From the NCBI GenBank assembly GCA_047637875.1, contig JBLJBH010000038.1, positions 1,969-65,968 of the forward strand: a DNA stretch of 64,000 nucleotides, given 5' to 3'. Position 1 is the first letter of the stretch, and every line of letters starts with the position of its first letter. This DNA comes from Patescibacteria group bacterium (GTDB lineage: Bacteria; Patescibacteriota; Gracilibacteria; BD1-5; UBA6164). Positions 61,604-64,000 of the stretch are shown piece after piece. The notes below the pieces were generated by a model that made no database searches, had not been told where the DNA came from, and saw nothing but the letters and a program-made list of their open reading frames with translations. The position numbers and the translations under genes are program-made.

Positions 61604-62095
61604 ATGACAGAAGGATTACACGACTTCCAGTTCTTTACATTAGAAACACTCGTAATTCAAACTATAATATTAGTTTTAATATTATGGGTTTTAAATCGTT
61701 TTGTTTTTAAACCTTACTTGGTTTATCTTGATAAAGAGGCTGAAAAAAGAAAAAAACTAGAAACAGATTATAATAATATTGAGAAGCTTAATAAAGAAGC
61801 AGTAGAAGCTAAAGAAGCGCTACTTGCTGAGGCAAGAACAGATGCTGCAACTATTAGAAAAGATGCAACTGAAATTGCAAAAAAAGAAGCTCAAGTTATT
61901 AAAGATTCTGCAATATTAGAGGCTGCAAGTATAAAAAATTCAGCTTTAAGCGAGATTGCAAAAGAGAAAGAAACAATGTTAAATGACGTAAAAGCAAAAT
62001 CTATTGATTTAATTTTAAAATTTAACGCAAAGCTTTTTTCTAGAGAGAAAGTGAATAAAGATTTTATAGAAACTGAATTATCTTCTATTAAATAG
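61604..62095 (+). CDS. atpF: F0F1 ATP synthase subunit b
   Basis: Track ORF, 163 aa. N-terminal TM helix then a long charged helix. No TGA codons. Confidence 0.85.
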   Translation: MTEGLHDFQFFTLETLVIQTIILVLILWVLNRFVFKPYLVYLDKEAEKRKKLETDYNNIEKLNKEAVEAKEALLAEARTDAATIRKDATEIAKKEAQVIKDSAILEAASIKNSALSEIAKEKETMLNDVKAKSIDLILKFNAKLFSREKVNKDFIETELSSIK

Positions 62096-62104
62096 TAATA
62101 AAAA

Positions 62105-62458
62105 ATGATTATGAATATTACGAATTTAGATAAAAAAGAGTTAGTAGCTCTTAATAAAAAATTAAAGCTTTTAAGTTCCTTAAAGAAATCTTTATGAAAC
62201 AGAGGTACTAAAGAATATCACAAGATAGTTGATGGAAAAGATATTTATAAAGTAGAATATTTTGATTTTGGTGCTGATGCTTTAAATTATGTAGAGGATA
62301 AAGCTCTTGAAAGTTTTAAAAAATTATTTTGATTGAATCTTCAATTAACACAAATTGAATTTACAAAAAATCAAAATTTACAAGGATGAATGAGAGTTTT
62401 TTATAACGATAATATGTTTGATTTAAGTTATAACAGATTTCAAAATTTATTAAAATAA
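62105..62458 (+). CDS. atpH: short ATP synthase delta (OSCP)-like subunit
   Basis: 117 aa. C-terminus LQGGMRVFYNDNMFDLSYNRFQNLL resembles the delta C-terminus. Called from position between atpF and atpA. About 60 aa shorter than usual. Confidence 0.6.
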
Positions 62459-62565
62459 CCCACCCTATCCCTCCCTTAATTCTAATGGAGGGGAAAATAA
62501 GGAAAAGATTTTCGTAATTGCTCCCCTTAGATTTAAGGGAAGCTGTCTGAAGGACTGATGGGTTA
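62456..62565. repeat. GC-rich structured repeat, copy B (atpH-atpA spacer)
   Basis: Outer pairing TAACCCA (62456-62462, starting on the atpH stop codon) with TGGGTTA (62559-62565). Hairpins CCCTCC..GGAGGG and GCTCCCCTTA..TAAGGGAAGC. Shares blocks with 23689-23845. Confidence 0.6.
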
Positions 62566-62595
62566 ATTATTTTTATATTTATAAAAAATTTATAT

Positions 62596-64000
62596 ATGTC
62601 AAATGACTTATTAAATGGAATTATAAGTGACATTGAAAAACAAATCGATACTCTTGATTCTACTCCTTCAATGGAGAATGTTTGAGAAGTATTTTATTTG
62701 TGAGACTGAGTAGCGAAAGTTTCTGGTCTTAGAAATGTTGCTTACAATGAATTAGTTGAATTTGAATCAGGATGAGTTTGAATTGCTTTAAATCTTGAAG
62801 AACACTATGTATGAGTTGTAGTTTTAACTGGATTTAATAAAATTAAAGAATGACAAACAGCAAAATGTACATGAAGAACTTTAGAAGTTCCAGTTGGTGA
62901 AGGGCTTATCGGAAGAGTAGTTGACTCTCTTTGAAATCCTATTGACGGACTTGGTGATGTAAAATCAAAAGAATTTTATCCAATTGAAAGAGTTGCTACT
63001 TGAGTAATGGATAGAAAATCAGTTCATGAACCAATGCAAACTGGTATTAAAGCGTTAGATGCTTTAGTTCCTGTATGAAGAGGGCAAAGAGAATTAATTA
63101 TCTGAGATAGACAAACTGGGAAAACTCAAGTTGCTATTGATGCTATCGTAAACCAAAAAGGTCAAAATGTTATTTGTGTATATGTTGCTATAGGACAAAA
63201 AGAGTGAAAAATTGCTAGAGTAGTAGAAGAATTAAGAAATAGATGAGCTATGGACTATACTATCGTAGTTTCCGCATGAGCTTCTGATCCTGCTTCTATG
63301 CAATATTTAGCTCCATATGCTGGATGTGCTATGGCTGAATATTTCATGTTTAATGGTAAACATTCTTTAATAGTTTATGATGATTTAACTAAACAAGCAA
63401 ATGCTTATAGAGAAATGTCATTACTTTTAAGAAGACCACCAGGAAGAGAAGCATATCCAGGGGATGTATTTTATCTTCACTCAAGATTACTTGAAAGAGC
63501 TTCAAAATTAAATGATGAATTAGGTGCTGGATCAATGACTGCTCTACCAATTATTGAAACACAAGCTTGAGATGTTTCTGCTTATGTTCCAACAAACGTA
63601 ATTTCTATTACTGACGGTCAAATTTTCCTTGAATCTGACTTATTTAATGCTGGTCAAAAACCTGCTATTAACGTATGATTGTCAGTTTCAAGAGTTTGAG
63701 GGTCTGCTCAAATTAAAGCCATGAAAAAAGTTTCAGGTACTTTAAAACTAGATTTAGCTCAATATAGAGAATTAGCAGCATTTTCACAATTTGCATCTGA
63801 CTTAGATGCTTCAACTAGAAAACAACTTGAAAGAGGTAAAAGAATGATGGAACTTTTAAAACAATGAGTTTTTGAACCAATAACAGTTGAAAAACAAGTC
63901 GCTTCTATTTATGCTTGATCAAAAGGATATTTAGATGCAGTTGATGTTTCAAAAATTAGAAAAGTTGAAAAAGAATTATACTTAGCACTTGATGAAGAAA
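62596..64000 (+). CDS. atpA: F0F1 ATP synthase subunit alpha (3' partial, runs off the window)
   Basis: Walker A GDRQTGKT with its first Gly encoded by TGA 63103-63105. Track ORF 63298-63570 is in frame. Confidence 0.95.

Noticed and set aside
62361-62633. 90-aa minus-strand ORF spanning the atpH 3' end, the GC-rich repeat and the atpA start.
   Set aside because: It is antisense to two recognisable atp genes. Its middle is the hairpin-rich repeat, which is palindromic and therefore open on both strands.

Overview
AT-rich bacterial window that is only interpretable when in-frame TGA is read as glycine (translation table 25, as in Gracilibacteria/Absconditabacteria-type CPR bacteria). The standard-code ORF track therefore shows only fragments. 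I re-translated both strands by hand with TGA=Gly, which gives about 60 tightly packed genes. Core genes are rpoA-rplQ-rplM-rpsI-rpsL-rpsG-rpmA, tRNA-Thr(GGU), a MarR regulator, a sugar-1-P nucleotidyltransferase, gyrA, nrdA-nrdB, secA, ruvA, tsaD, tyrS and an F-type ATP synthase operon (atpI-like, B, E, F, H, A; atpA runs off the 3' end). There are also several very large surface proteins (PKD, lamin-tail, S8 protease) and a type IV pilin. The main accessory feature is a ~16.5 kb integrated element (about 4053-20581) in the 3' end of tRNA-Thr, bounded by a 16-bp direct repeat. It carries a large serine recombinase, an AEP-primase-like replication gene, and a single-strand, seven-gene defence operon: hsdR, a membrane-anchored PIN-like protein, a HEPN-motif protein, hsdS, abiEi, abiEii, hsdM. 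I cannot name the PIN/TM plus HEPN pair wired into a type I R-M operon as a known system, so it is my best candidate for something new. A GC-rich structured repeat family (two copies, one inside the atp operon) is also unexplained. All function calls come from motif recognition by eye, with no database search. Coordinates include stop codons and were frame-checked by hand or against the ORF track where possible.
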